A stretch of 64,000 bases of DNA from Nostoc sp. GTDB lineage: Bacteria; Cyanobacteriota; Cyanobacteriia; Cyanobacteriales; Nostocaceae. The first letter of the stretch is position 1. Each line of letters opens with the position of its first letter. The stretch covers positions 1 to 64,000 of the forward strand of contig JBALDB010000055.1 of NCBI GenBank assembly GCA_036918135.1. Direction: 5' to 3'. Below are positions 18,431-30,082 of the stretch, one piece after another. A program made the translations under genes and the position numbers. The notes under the pieces are model-generated. The model ran no database searches. It was not told the origin of the DNA and saw nothing but the letters and a program-made list of their open reading frames with translations.

Positions 18431-18999
18431 CGAGTTATACGCAATTTTTTGACACAAAATAGCAGAAAATAATTACGGTATTTTAGTCCTCAATTTACTA
18501 TAACTCAGGAAAATTATCATATCTTTAAGAACATGAGGAGTGAGGAAAATCTCTCCTCCTTACTCTTCATATAGCTACTCCTTACACTTGCTTCAAGTAC
18601 AACAGTTTACTGATGCATTAAACCTCTAACTAAAGATGCAAATTTATATTAAATAATTAAGTATATCTTTAAACAAATACTATAGAGATAGCATAGTTAC
18701 TCAGTATATATATAGAGTTTATTACTGTTAAGTCATTAGTACTAATGTAATAATTCAGGAGTCACAAGGAGCCAGTGCAGTCTTGGTTTCCCCAAGTGAA
18801 CGAATTGCCGTGTCTCTCAAAATTAAGTAATCAGCGTTCAAAATAGTTAAAAATCAATGATTATATACCTGCTTGATTTTAGTCAAGTTATCAAGTTTGG
18901 GTATCTAAACTTAATTAATTTTTAATTCTGAATTATTACTTACTAATGACTAAACAGAATTACCATTGTCAATATTAGCTGATTACCAAATAGACCAAT

Positions 19000-19764
19000 T
19001 TATTTAGTATCAGTCAAGATTTTTTCAATATCTGATAGCTCCACTACTCCTGAAACAGTTGGACTATTAATTATGAAAAAAGGTGTGCCAGAAACAGCTA
19101 ATTTTTCAGCTAAATCGATATCTTTTTTAATTGCCGGAGTGGCAAGAGTGCGATCGCGTTGAAATTTTGCCAAATCCAAATTGAGATTTTTTGCAATATC
19201 TAAATACAATTCCTCTCCCAGTTGCTTTTGATTTGTAAATAGGGCATCATGATATTCCCAAAATTTCCCCTGCTGATATGCTGCCCAAGCCGCTGTTGCA
19301 GCTGGCAATGCTTGAGAATGAATTGAAGTTAGCGGCAGATTCTTGTAAATTAATGTTACCTTGTCTTGGTATTTTGCTAACAATTGTTTTAAGGTTTTAT
19401 GCGCCTCAGCACAGTAAGGACATTGAAAATCTGAGAACTCCAGCAGTAGAATTTTTGATTGAGTTGAACCTGTGGTTGGAGAATCACCAATCACTGCTTG
19501 AGGATTTGCTTTGAAATTCTGTAAAAATCCTTGCCGCACTTGATTGAGTTTCTGTTGTTGTTGCTGCTGATACACTTGAACAGATTCAATAATTTCCTCT
19601 GGATGTTCGCGGATAATTTGTAATACTTGCTGTTCTAATTTAGGATCGATGCGGCTAGCAGCTTGTGCAGGAAGTGAACTGAGAAGTAAACATAGCATAC
19701 CTATTGCTGCCAAGGTACGCAGATATTGAAGTAATTTTCCAAACCAACTAAACAATGTAGTCAT
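19000..19764 (-). CDS. DsbA-family thiol-disulfide oxidoreductase
   Basis: EFSDFQCPYC, GTP cis-Pro motif, signal peptide. Confidence 0.92.
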   Translation of the reverse strand: MTTLFSWFGKLLQYLRTLAAIGMLCLLLSSLPAQAASRIDPKLEQQVLQIIREHPEEIIESVQVYQQQQQQKLNQVRQGFLQNFKANPQAVIGDSPTTGSTQSKILLLEFSDFQCPYCAEAHKTLKQLLAKYQDKVTLIYKNLPLTSIHSQALPAATAAWAAYQQGKFWEYHDALFTNQKQLGEELYLDIAKNLNLDLAKFQRDRTLATPAIKKDIDLAEKLAVSGTPFFIINSPTVSGVVELSDIEKILTDTK

Positions 19765-20092
19765 ACAAAAAGTGTCAAAAAATCAACATTCTCTTAGTAT
19801 TGCCCCACATGTGTCAATTTACAGCTGGTTAAAGCTAATCTCTAAACATAGAAGACCGCAGTCCAAAGGGGTGACGATGAAGCCCCGATCGATTAAATTA
19901 TGTGCTGCTTGTTATGCAGAAGTTCCTTGTCACTGAATTAAGTGGCAGTTTAAGGAGAAAATAAAGTGCGATCGCCAGATTGCAACTAAAAATCCCAGCA
20001 ATAGGCACAATAGTAGTTGAAATGATTTTTAAATCATATCATTAAAAATCCCATACTTAAAAGTTGGGAAATATCATAAGTTAAAAAATTAT

Positions 20093-21919
20093 ATGAATGC
20101 CGAAGATTTTTTCAATCAAGGATTTAACAACAACTTGCAAGGGGATTATCAAGCAGCCATTACAGCTTACACTCAAGCAATCAACCTCAATCCTAAGTAT
20201 GCCGAAGCCTACCATAATCGAGGGATTATTTTAAGTAGTCAACTCAAAGATTATCACAATGCGATCGCCAACTTTAACCAAGCAATAGAAATCAATCCCA
20301 ATTTGGCCACAGCTTACTGTCACCGCGCAAATGCACGCTACTTTTTAGGAGATTATGAAAAAGCGATCGCCGACCATCACCAAGCATTAGCAATCGACCC
20401 TAATCTCGCCCAATCTTACCACAGTCGGGGAAATGCCTACTTTGCTTTAGCAGACTACGACAAAGCGATCGCTGATTATATCCAAACTATAGAAATTAGC
20501 ACCCAATTAGCTGATAACATCAATATTGATATTGCCAATGCCTATCACAATCGCGGTGTAGCTTGTCTCGATCGCGGCGATTCTCAAGCAGCAATCGCAG
20601 ATTTTCAGCAAGCTTTGCAGTGGTATCCCCATTTTGCCGCAGCCTACAGCAATCGGGGTAATATTCACCAAATACTAGGAAATTATCGCGAAGCGATCGC
20701 CGATCATAACCAGGCATTACAATTAAATCCTAACTTACCAGAGGCTTATCATAACCGAGGTAATGCCTATTACGCTTTAGCAGACTATGAAAGTGCGATC
20801 GCAGATTACAACCACGCCTTAAAAATTAACCCCAACTTTGCCAGCGCATATTACAATCGGGGTCTGGTTTTGTCTCAACTCAAAGACTATCAAGCAGCAA
20901 TTGAGGATTTTAACCAAGCGCTCAAACTCAATCCCGATGATGTCCAAGCTTATTGCGAGCGGGGTCTGGTGCGTAGCACTCTTGAGGACTATCAAGGAGC
21001 AATTGAAGATTATGACCGAGCATTGCAAGAAAATCCGACTTTAGCTTTAGTGTACGGCTTTCGCGCAAATGCTCTGCGCCGATTGGGAGATTATCAAGGT
21101 GCAATTGAAGATAGTAATCGCCTATTACAACTCAATCCTAATTTAGCTGAGGGATATTGCGATCGCGCGGCGGCTCGTCGTTCTTTAGGAGACCATAAAG
21201 GAGCAATTAAAGATTACGACCGGGCATTGCAAATTAATCATAACTTAGCCGCAGCTTATTATGGTCGGGGTATTGCTCGTGAAGCTTTGCAAGATTTTCT
21301 AGGAGCAATTAACGATTACACTCAAGCTATAGAGTTGATTCCGGACTTTTCCCCAGCTTACTGCAATCGAGGCAATGCTCGTCGTCTTTTAGGAGATGAA
21401 CTCAAAGCAATAGCAGATTATGACAAGGCTTTAGAAATCAATCCTGATTTAATCGAAGCATATTATAACCGCGCTTCTGTCCGCTACGCTTTAGAAGAAT
21501 ATGAAAGTGCGATCGCAGACTATACCCAAGCTTTGCACATCAATCCTCAATCTGCTGTATTTTACAGCGATCGGGCTAATGCTCGCTACGCCATAGAAGA
21601 CTATCAAGGTGCGGTTAAAGATTACACTCAGGCAATTGCGATCGACCCTAGCTTTGCTGAAGACTGGTACAATCGCGGGCGTAGCTATTCTCTGTTGGAA
21701 GACTTTAACTTAGCCTTAGCAGACTTAAACCAAGCTCTACAGCGTCAACCTCATTGGGCTTCAGCTTACATCCTGCGAGCAGATGTTTATCGAAATTTGG
21801 GTAACTATCAACGAGCAATTACTGATTTTCAGAAATCCGCACACTTGTATTATCAAGAAGGAAATATCGAGTATTATCAACAAATTATTCAGCTAATCGA
21901 ACAACTTCAATCAGAATAA
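20093..21919 (+). CDS. Tetratricopeptide repeat protein
   Basis: Tandem 34-aa TPR repeats (AYxNRG...AIADY..A) throughout. Confidence 0.95.
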   Translation: MNAEDFFNQGFNNNLQGDYQAAITAYTQAINLNPKYAEAYHNRGIILSSQLKDYHNAIANFNQAIEINPNLATAYCHRANARYFLGDYEKAIADHHQALAIDPNLAQSYHSRGNAYFALADYDKAIADYIQTIEISTQLADNINIDIANAYHNRGVACLDRGDSQAAIADFQQALQWYPHFAAAYSNRGNIHQILGNYREAIADHNQALQLNPNLPEAYHNRGNAYYALADYESAIADYNHALKINPNFASAYYNRGLVLSQLKDYQAAIEDFNQALKLNPDDVQAYCERGLVRSTLEDYQGAIEDYDRALQENPTLALVYGFRANALRRLGDYQGAIEDSNRLLQLNPNLAEGYCDRAAARRSLGDHKGAIKDYDRALQINHNLAAAYYGRGIAREALQDFLGAINDYTQAIELIPDFSPAYCNRGNARRLLGDELKAIADYDKALEINPDLIEAYYNRASVRYALEEYESAIADYTQALHINPQSAVFYSDRANARYAIEDYQGAVKDYTQAIAIDPSFAEDWYNRGRSYSLLEDFNLALADLNQALQRQPHWASAYILRADVYRNLGNYQRAITDFQKSAHLYYQEGNIEYYQQIIQLIEQLQSE

Positions 21920-22021
21920 CGATTTTGAGCTTTGGATATCTAAGTAAGTCAGCACAATAAAACCAAACTATGTGAAGAAAAATTAACTAGGCTAAAACCC
22001 TTTTCCCTCCTGCCCCTTGCC

Positions 22022-22286
22022 GACGCTCTCTACAAGACGCTCTTGCTAGCTTGCTTCTCTGTAAGAGTACGCGGACACGGCTTAGCTGCGCTATCCTGAC
22101 GATAAATTTTCCCACCTACTTACTTAGGAGTACTAGTAAAACAGTATATATAGCCGTAGTCACAGCCTTTAGGACATAATGACAAGCGTGAATGCTAGCA
22201 ACAGCAATAGTTTTACCTCCTGCCTTCTGGTTGCTGAGCGTACTCCTACGCAGAAGCAAGCTAGCAAGAGCGTCTCGTAGAGAAGC
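22022..22286. repeat. Inverted pair of dispersed repeats (MITE/SDR-like)
   Basis: ~50 bp ..AGACGCTCTTGCTAGCTTGCTTCT.. at 22022-22072, inverted copy at 22238-22286. Confidence 0.7.
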
Positions 22287-22432
22287 CGAAGTGTGCCTCC
22301 TGCTAATACATACATAATTTTTATCTGCACAACTAGCCCTATAATCACTGCTAGGGGCAATAACAAATTAATCGATGAATCCTATGATGCCTCCGGTTTG
22401 ATAACTTTTTACTTCAATCGTTCAGCTATGCG

Positions 22433-24007
22433 TTAGCGAAGCGCTGCTGCAAGCAGGTCGCCAACGCGCAAGGCGTTAGCCATAATTGTTAATGTCGGAT
22501 TAGCACCTGAATTTGAGGGAAAGAAACTACTATCCACTAAGTAGAGATTATCGATATCATGGGTACGGCAATTAAGGTCAAGGACTGAAGTTTTAGGATC
22601 TGTACCAAATCGACAACTACCACACTGATGGGCTACTGCTTGTTCTGGGATATAAGTACGGGGATAAATGCTAAATGGTAGGACGTGTTTAGCAGAGTTA
22701 GGGATTGACTTTAATACAGATGTCCAGCGATGAATTAAGCGCTCGCTTGCTTCGGTATTATTCAGTGTATAGTCAATGTGAATCTTCTCACCCACTAGAC
22801 GAATCCGATTATTCGGGTCTGGTAAATCTTCTGTTTGCAACCACCAGCCCACCGAACGCTCGGCAACTAAATGTAGCTCATACTGAGGAATTAACTTAAT
22901 AAACGGAGCCATCAGTGGTGGTGCTTCTGCAGGAATCATATTGGCAAGTACATTACCTGTATTTTGCACCATGCCCATCGGATAAGGAAAATCCGGCTCT
23001 CCCCAGTAAAAGTCATTGACAGCGATCGTTTTTTGAAATCTGGCGTGATTTACATCTAGATGTATGGAAACAATCGCGCTTTCCAACTGTTTCATATAAT
23101 TGCGCCCCACCTGGTCGGAACTGTTTGCCAATCCGTTGGGATGCTTATCATTAGCAGACCGTAACAGCAAGACAGCTGAATTGATAGAACCACAAGCAAC
23201 AACCACAATATCGCTGGCAAACCAATATTTTTCTCCGGCAATTTCAGTTTCTACACTTGTAATTTCTCGCCCCGACTCACTAGTATGCAGCCGCAAGACT
23301 TTGGCATTGGTCTTGAGAGTTAAATTGGCATACTTTTCCTGGCTAGGACGAATAGCGTTAACATCGGCATCAGCTTTTGCATGTACCAGACAGGGGTATC
23401 CGTCAAAGGTATCGCAGCGAATACAGGGACTATTTGCGCGATCGCTTTCATTCAGCTTTAATCCTAGTGGTAGGTGAAATGGGTAATAACCCAGTTCGCG
23501 GATACCATCAGCCAATTGCTGCATATCCGGCTCATGGCTGACTGGTGGATAAGGATACGGTTCGCTGCGAGGTGGTTCAGTTGGGTCTTCTCCTTCTTTA
23601 CCATGCACGTCATACAGCTTTTCTGCTTTGGTGTAGTACGGCTCAAAGTCTTGATACTTTAAAGGCCATTCTGGAGAAATTCCTCCTTTGTGAATTACCC
23701 TTTCAAAATCTCGCTCCCGAAATCGAATTAAGGCTGCACCGTAGAGTTTAGTATTACCGCCAACCCAGTAGCCTGTCTGAGGCTTAAAGGTCTTGCCTTC
23801 TTTATTATACCATTGCTCATCAGTATGGTAGCGATGTTTTTGATAAACCTCCTGTGGATTCCAGTTATCTTTTTCTCTGGGTAAAAAGTCGCCTCGTTCC
23901 AGCACTAGAATTTTTTTACCTGTGGATGCCAGACGATGAGCCAGTGTACCTCCACCTGCTCCCGTACCGATAATGATGATGTCGTAGCGTTCAGTGATGT
24001 TTGTCAT
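22433..24007 (-). CDS. GMC family oxidoreductase
   Basis: GTGAGG FAD motif, VGGNTKLYGA, HQCGSCRFG, NPTLTIMANA. Confidence 0.93.
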   Translation of the reverse strand: MTNITERYDIIIIGTGAGGGTLAHRLASTGKKILVLERGDFLPREKDNWNPQEVYQKHRYHTDEQWYNKEGKTFKPQTGYWVGGNTKLYGAALIRFRERDFERVIHKGGISPEWPLKYQDFEPYYTKAEKLYDVHGKEGEDPTEPPRSEPYPYPPVSHEPDMQQLADGIRELGYYPFHLPLGLKLNESDRANSPCIRCDTFDGYPCLVHAKADADVNAIRPSQEKYANLTLKTNAKVLRLHTSESGREITSVETEIAGEKYWFASDIVVVACGSINSAVLLLRSANDKHPNGLANSSDQVGRNYMKQLESAIVSIHLDVNHARFQKTIAVNDFYWGEPDFPYPMGMVQNTGNVLANMIPAEAPPLMAPFIKLIPQYELHLVAERSVGWWLQTEDLPDPNNRIRLVGEKIHIDYTLNNTEASERLIHRWTSVLKSIPNSAKHVLPFSIYPRTYIPEQAVAHQCGSCRFGTDPKTSVLDLNCRTHDIDNLYLVDSSFFPSNSGANPTLTIMANALRVGDLLAAALR

Positions 24008-24245
24008 ACAGCAGTTTTCTTTCGCATGAAGTACAAAGTTACAGGTTTTGAGGCAGGAGGCAGGAGGCAGGAGGTAGAAACTTTTTATCTGTAATGAATC
24101 AGTCCTGGATTTTGTACCTCACTTACTTGCAATCTGCTGAATATGCAGGAGGTTGCAAATTATTTTGCTCTCGAATTTATTAGTCTGGTTAATTTATAGT
24201 CAGCACTAAAGTACTGAATTGAGTACTAAAGCACTGACTACAAAG

Positions 24246-25877
24246 CTAGTGCTGATTATTAACTTCAGGCAGTTTTTGAATCAAATCAATTATGCCGCTG
24301 CGTAATTCTTCAACAGTTAGCATCTGGTTCAAGCGCATCAATTCTGAGATAGCTGCTGTTTCTGTATCTTTATGGCTAGTTGCAACTGCTAAGACTTTAT
24401 TTTTTTCGACGTAGAAAGCAATGAATTCTTGTTTTTGCAAATCTCCATCTACAATTATTTCATCCCAACTTTGGGCGTGTCCAATGTAGCGCAAGGGAAA
24501 CTTAAATTGCATTGTCCAGAACAAAGGAAGCCCTCTGAATTTGACTGCTTTCCCTGCCATGTTATGAGCTGCAATTCGCCCTTGCTGAGCTGCGACTCGC
24601 CAATGTTCAACGCGAATCGATTCGCTGGTACGCCAATCGGGATAACGGGCAATATCACCTGCGACGTAGATACCATCAGCTGCACGCAAATATTCATCAA
24701 CAACAATACTATTATCTTTGGGATGCAAATCAACACCCTCTAGAAAGTCTGTTGCAGGCTGTACGCCAATTCCGACTATTACGATATCTGCTTGCAAGCG
24801 ATCGCCATTATCTAAAACTACAGTTTCTACTTTACCGTTACCTTCAAATTGCACCGCTTTTCTTTCAAATTTAAAGGAAACACCGTTTTCTTCGTGAACT
24901 TGTTGAAATTGTTTGCCAATTTCCTCACCCAGGATTTTCTTAAAAGGTACAGAATCTGGGGAGACTACAGTTACTTGCAAGCCGTGTTGACACAACCCGG
25001 CTGCGGTTTCCATGCCGATAAAACTGGAACCAATGACTACCGCTTGTGCTTTTTCCTTAATGTTTGTCAAGATCCAGTCGGTATCCTTAAAACTGCGTAA
25101 TGTCACAATATTTTCTAAGTCCGCACCTGGAATATCTAGCTGGCGTGGTTTTCCTCCTGTTGCTACCAATAGGGCATCATAAGTTAATGAATCACTAGAC
25201 GCTTGGGCGTCGCTACTGCTGGCGCTATCGGTAAAGGCGATCGCTTTAGCCGTTGTTTCCACCCGTTCGACTCGCTTATTCAACAGCACTTCTATGCCGT
25301 GTTCTTCGTAGAAATCGGAGGAACGTAAGGGCATTTCGTCGGCGGATGTCTGACCAATGAAGTAGTCTTTAGTCAGTTTGGTGCGATCGTAGGGTAGCTT
25401 GTCATCCTGAGTAATCATCACGATTCGCCCTTGATATCCAGCTACTCGCAAAGTTTCTGCGGCATGGGCACCCGCTGCTCCTGCGCCTAAAATGACAAAT
25501 GTGCGTCCATCAACGTTGGGGTCGAATTGCGCCATTGCAGGCGATCGCAATCCCGTTGTCTCCTCTGGGACACTGACAATAATATTTTCACCTTCAATGC
25601 GTACTTGATAGCAAGCTATACCATCCAAGCCAGGTGGCTCTAGTTGGTCGCCTGTAGTCACATCAAAATAGGCATTGTGCCAGGGACAAACAACATAATG
25701 TCCACTCAAAACCCCCTCTGCCAGTGGCGCTTTATAATGAGTGCAGTGTGGGCCGACGGCATAATACTTCCCATCTATCCGACTCAATAAAATTTCTGTC
25801 TCACCGACAGACAGCTGTCGCATTTCACCATCATTGAGCTCGTTGATATTGGCAACAACTGCTTCTATCTGTTTCAT
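24246..25877 (-). CDS. Rieske [2Fe-2S] plus FAD-dependent pyridine nucleotide oxidoreductase
   Basis: CTH...CPWH Rieske motif, GAGAAG, ATG, GDIA, EHW. Confidence 0.93.
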   Translation of the reverse strand: MKQIEAVVANINELNDGEMRQLSVGETEILLSRIDGKYYAVGPHCTHYKAPLAEGVLSGHYVVCPWHNAYFDVTTGDQLEPPGLDGIACYQVRIEGENIIVSVPEETTGLRSPAMAQFDPNVDGRTFVILGAGAAGAHAAETLRVAGYQGRIVMITQDDKLPYDRTKLTKDYFIGQTSADEMPLRSSDFYEEHGIEVLLNKRVERVETTAKAIAFTDSASSSDAQASSDSLTYDALLVATGGKPRQLDIPGADLENIVTLRSFKDTDWILTNIKEKAQAVVIGSSFIGMETAAGLCQHGLQVTVVSPDSVPFKKILGEEIGKQFQQVHEENGVSFKFERKAVQFEGNGKVETVVLDNGDRLQADIVIVGIGVQPATDFLEGVDLHPKDNSIVVDEYLRAADGIYVAGDIARYPDWRTSESIRVEHWRVAAQQGRIAAHNMAGKAVKFRGLPLFWTMQFKFPLRYIGHAQSWDEIIVDGDLQKQEFIAFYVEKNKVLAVATSHKDTETAAISELMRLNQMLTVEELRSGIIDLIQKLPEVNNQH

Positions 25878-26130
25878 GATCGACTTTTAAATTAAGAATA
25901 ATAGTTATACCAATTGTTTCAAATCCAGCGACAGATTCCAACCCGAAAAACCAGATACAATCTCAGAGTCGGTCAGACTACTAAGCTAAAACACATATTC
26001 ATTGCATAATCACTTGTAAGGTTCGCTCTGAGGTGACTGTTAACACCAACTGTCAACTCTCAACAGCCAACACGAAAATATATGCCCTCTTAAATATAGA
26101 ACAGCTTAGTTTCCTCTACACCCGCTTCAC

Positions 26131-26928
26131 TCACAAACTTGCAACCGAACCACCATCTACCCGATAGTTAGAACCAACCACAAAGCTTGATTGCTCAGAG
26201 CAAAGGAATGCAATCACAGCCGCTACTTCTTCTGGTTTGCCACGTCGTTTGAGTTCAATGTGAGGGCGCTGTTCCTCAAGGAAACTGTCAATTGCCTCAT
26301 CAAAGCTGACACCCAGTTGTTTTGAGCGCTTTTCCATCATTGCATCAGTCATTGGGGTGGCAATATAGGCAGGAGAAACTGCATTTACCAACACGCCATC
26401 CTTTGCATAAGCTTTGGATAAATTTTTAGCAAGATTTAATACTGCTGCTTTGCAGGCGCAGTAAGGTATCTCTTCTGGGTAAGGCTGTAGTGCATCTTCG
26501 GAACTAATGAGGATGACTCTTCCCCAACCAGCTTTACGCATTGCCCCAATAAAAGCGCGACAGGTACGTACCGTCGCCATCAAGTCAACCTCAATCGTCT
26601 CATACCACTCCTCGTCGCTAAGCTCCAGGAAATCTCCTGTAGCACCTGTAATTCCTGCTGCATTGACAAGAATGTGAACTGTTCCAAAGCGTTCAAGTAT
26701 TTGCTCTTTGGCAGTTTCAACTTCTTTAGGCTGGGTGAGGTCTGCCTGAACCGTAAATATTTCTCCAGATTTTCCCAACTCCTCGGCCGCCTGTTGAAGA
26801 GTTTCTGAAGTCTTATCGATAATAGTAACCTTTGCACCCTCACGAGCAAGCAGTTGAGCTGTCGCTTTCCCAATCCCAGAATCAGCTCCAGTAACTACAG
26901 CGACTTTATCTTTAAGACCAAGATCCAT
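26131..26928 (-). CDS. SDR family oxidoreductase
   Basis: TGADSGIG, NAAG, YCACK. Confidence 0.93.
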   Translation of the reverse strand: MDLGLKDKVAVVTGADSGIGKATAQLLAREGAKVTIIDKTSETLQQAAEELGKSGEIFTVQADLTQPKEVETAKEQILERFGTVHILVNAAGITGATGDFLELSDEEWYETIEVDLMATVRTCRAFIGAMRKAGWGRVILISSEDALQPYPEEIPYCACKAAVLNLAKNLSKAYAKDGVLVNAVSPAYIATPMTDAMMEKRSKQLGVSFDEAIDSFLEEQRPHIELKRRGKPEEVAAVIAFLCSEQSSFVVGSNYRVDGGSVASL

Positions 26929-27696
26929 AGCTATTTGTTTGTATATAATGTAAACAATTTATTCTAAGCCGAATTAATTGAAAAATATTCAAATAGTTTT
27001 CGCTTAGACGCTTTACTTTATCTTATCGAGTTTGAATTTTTCAACTCATCAATGGTATATATGTAAAATAAAAAATTCACTCTTTGGACATAGATAAATT
27101 TTGAAAACAATTGTTTCAACTAAGATTTTAACTGAGGATTGAAAAATTTTTTGTGAGAGATAAATTAGCAAAACCCAGACCAACAGCGAGATTAATAATT
27201 TAATATTTTAGATTATTCCCGATGGCTTAACTTTTATTTATATCTAGAGATAGACTAGTGTTTACTATTAATTTCAGATTTTTGTAAATTATTATGTAGT
27301 TGGGATAGAGTTAATAGATAAAATGCAGAATATTGGACAGTGTGTACTTTTTAAATATAGTGTTTGAAAAAGTATTTGATTAAAGAAAAGAATTGTTGAC
27401 AACAGGATTAATTATCTTAATAAAGTTAAATTATCTAGTAACTAAAAATAATTTTTGAGTGAGAAAATACTTGTACAATATATATCTATGGTTTGAGGGA
27501 AATCAAAGCTCATTCAAGAATAATTATCTTCATACCAATTATCTGAAGAATTATACTTAAGAATTGGTGATAAGTATGAAAGTTAAAAAATTGTACTTTT
27601 ACTATTCAATACGTAGATATACATTTATATAAATTTGGTATTAATTTAAACCTGCTACAGATTGCCAGTAACTAAGTTGAATAACAGGAGATTCTG

Positions 27697-28602
27697 ATGG
27701 CCCAAGCCATTAAGATTTATGACGATCGCATGTGTACCTTAGTACGCCCAGGTGCTTTACTCCAAAAGCTTGCCAACGGTGCAGTCCATAGCGAGGGGCC
27801 TGTTTACTTCCACGAAGATGATAGCGTTGTCTGGAGTGACGCTCACAGTAACCGCCTGTTACGCTGGAGTCCTACTGAAAACGTAACCGTCCTCCGCGAT
27901 CCATCTGATTATCAAAGCGGTAATTACCGCGACTTGCAGGGTCGTCTGGTTGCTTGTTCGTCTGGTTTGCGGGCGATCGTTCGATGCGAATACGATGGTG
28001 AATGGAAGATTTTAGTCGATCGCTATCAAGGCAAACGTCTTAACAGTCCTAATGATTTGGTAGTAAAAAGTGACGGCACAATTTGGTTTACCGACCCGCC
28101 TTATGGGATAACCGAGCCAAACCAAGGTTATGGGGGCGAACAAGAACAACCCGGAAGTTACGTCTACCGCTTCGATCCGACAACTGGTGAAATTCATCCT
28201 GTAGTCACTGACATGGTGCGTCCGAATGGGCTGGCTTTCAGTCCAGATCAAAGCCTTTTATATGTTTCAGACACAGCTGCATTTAATATTCCTGGCGGCC
28301 CTCATCATATTCGTGTCTACGAGACTGTAGACACCCGCCATGTGAAGAATGGTCGCGTGTTCGCAATTATCGATCCAGGACAACCTGATGGATTGCGGGT
28401 TGACGAACATGGCAATGTTTTTACTAGTTCTCAAGACAGCGTGCAAGTATACGCCCCCGACGGGACTCAGTTAGGAAAAATTCTTGTACCGGAAACATGC
28501 GCTAATCTAACTTTTGGTGGTAAGGAACGCGATCGCCTGTTTATCACAGCAGGTAAATCCTTATATGTTATCGACCTTAATACCCGTGGTGTGCAGTTAT
28601 GA
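27697..28602 (+). CDS. SMP-30/gluconolactonase family protein
   Basis: SEGPV, NSPND, FTDPPYG, PNGLAFSPD, PDG. Confidence 0.92.
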   Translation: MAQAIKIYDDRMCTLVRPGALLQKLANGAVHSEGPVYFHEDDSVVWSDAHSNRLLRWSPTENVTVLRDPSDYQSGNYRDLQGRLVACSSGLRAIVRCEYDGEWKILVDRYQGKRLNSPNDLVVKSDGTIWFTDPPYGITEPNQGYGGEQEQPGSYVYRFDPTTGEIHPVVTDMVRPNGLAFSPDQSLLYVSDTAAFNIPGGPHHIRVYETVDTRHVKNGRVFAIIDPGQPDGLRVDEHGNVFTSSQDSVQVYAPDGTQLGKILVPETCANLTFGGKERDRLFITAGKSLYVIDLNTRGVQL

Positions 28603-29165
28603 TTTATCAATTTGTGCTAGGTATAGCGATCGCTGTGTGGGTGCTACCGAAGATAATGGTTGTATTAGCTTCAGTTAATTATCCATTTCTAGGCCCGTAT
28701 CTATTAAGTTCTCTCTCACATATCTATCCTGGCGGACTTCCGGGATTAGCGCTTTTATTGCTCAGAGTCAGCGTTGGTGGGTTGTTCCTGCTCCACGGCT
28801 ATCCAAAAGCAGTGCATCTTCGCCAATGGGCTGAGTCTTTGAAAACACCAGTGTTTCTTTGCTTTATCTCTGCATGGACAATGTTAGGTGGTGGATTTTT
28901 CCTGATCTTGGGATTTCTCACACTTTTAGCAACTTTGCCGATTTTGGCTTCTATGTTGTTTGCAATCTGGTTACATCTAATTGAAGGTAAGCCCTTTGTT
29001 GCCGCAGATCCTTACTTAATTCCCGAAGATCAGTACAAAGGCCCTTTAGGAAAAGCCGAACCGCCAAGTTGGGAAAAAGCGTTTCTCTTTTGTGTAATGC
29101 TGATTGCGATCGCAGTTATCGGCCCTGGTGCTTATTCACTTGATGCTTTAATTTTTGGACGATGA
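28599..29165 (+). CDS. DoxX family membrane protein
   Basis: LLLLRVSVGGLFLLHG, GPGAYSLD; start may be downstream. Confidence 0.85.
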   Translation: MIYQFVLGIAIAVWVLPKIMVVLASVNYPFLGPYLLSSLSHIYPGGLPGLALLLLRVSVGGLFLLHGYPKAVHLRQWAESLKTPVFLCFISAWTMLGGGFFLILGFLTLLATLPILASMLFAIWLHLIEGKPFVAADPYLIPEDQYKGPLGKAEPPSWEKAFLFCVMLIAIAVIGPGAYSLDALIFGR

Positions 29166-29241
29166 ATCATCTTTAACACCGCACCAGACAGGCAATTTTA
29201 TGAGAGATAATTGAAAGTATCTCTTCTACAGGAGTACGGTA

Positions 29242-29463
29242 GTGATGACCGAATTACTTGAAAAAGCGATTGCCAAGCTCAAAACTTTGCCTGCTAGCGA
29301 ACAGAATGCGATAGCGGCACTAATTATTGAAGAAATTGAAGACGAAACTCTTTGGGATAAAACTTTTGAGCAATCTCAGAATGGACTTGCTACACTTGCA
29401 GCCGAGGCAATAGCTGAATATCAAGCAGGTAAAACACAACTACTAGACCCAGAAACGTTGTGA
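29242..29463 (+). CDS. Putative antitoxin
   Basis: Small acidic protein overlapping the toxin start. Confidence 0.75.
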   Translation: MMTELLEKAIAKLKTLPASEQNAIAALIIEEIEDETLWDKTFEQSQNGLATLAAEAIAEYQAGKTQLLDPETL

Positions 29464-29729
29464 ACTCACGTACAACAGCTAAATTTCGCAAAGCTTTTGC
29501 CAATTTACCTAAAGAAGTTCAACAACAGGCACGGGAGGCTTATCGTCAGTTCAAGCAAGATCCTTGGCATTCGAGTCTTCGTTTGAAACAGGTGCATCAG
29601 GAATTACCTATTTATTCTGCTCGTATCAGCAAGAATTATCGCGCAGTTGGTCAATGTGATGGAGACTTGATTGTGTGGTTTTGGATTGGTTCCCACGCAG
29701 ATTATGACAAGTTGCTATCTCAGTTGTAA
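29460..29729 (+). CDS. RelE/ParE/HigB-like toxin
   Basis: FRKAFANLP, HSSLRLK, YSARI..YRA, WFWIGSHADYD. Confidence 0.8.
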   Translation: MNSRTTAKFRKAFANLPKEVQQQAREAYRQFKQDPWHSSLRLKQVHQELPIYSARISKNYRAVGQCDGDLIVWFWIGSHADYDKLLSQL

Positions 29730-30082
29730 GCGAAGTCTAGCAACAAGCTGCTGCACGTCTACGCAGTTATCGGCCCTGGCGCTTATTCACTTGATGCTTT
29801 AATTTTTGGACGATGAAACATATATTATTTACTGACAATACTGTGAGTAAATTACCTGGAAGCCACTTCACAACTTTTCAGTAATTTTAGTTTAAATTTT
29901 CTTAATCAGCTAAGTCAAAATAATTCTTAATTATTATCTTATAACTAAAATTACGGGCTGATACTAGGAATTACGAATTACTAAACAGTAATTATTTAAT
30001 TATTTGAGCGAGAAGAATTTAGAACTCAGGAGCAAAGCCAAAAACGCTCCTGAATTCACCAATTCTGTATTCTGATTTCTAT

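Larger units (their letters stand above)
29111..29817 (+). repeat. 56-bp direct repeats of the doxX 3' end flanking a TA pair
   Basis: 29111-29166 versus 29762-29817, one mismatch. Confidence 0.9.

Noticed and set aside
20093..21919. Nucleotide repeats suggesting an array or DGR
   Set aside because: Explained by TPR coding repeats; no reverse transcriptase or template repeat in the window.
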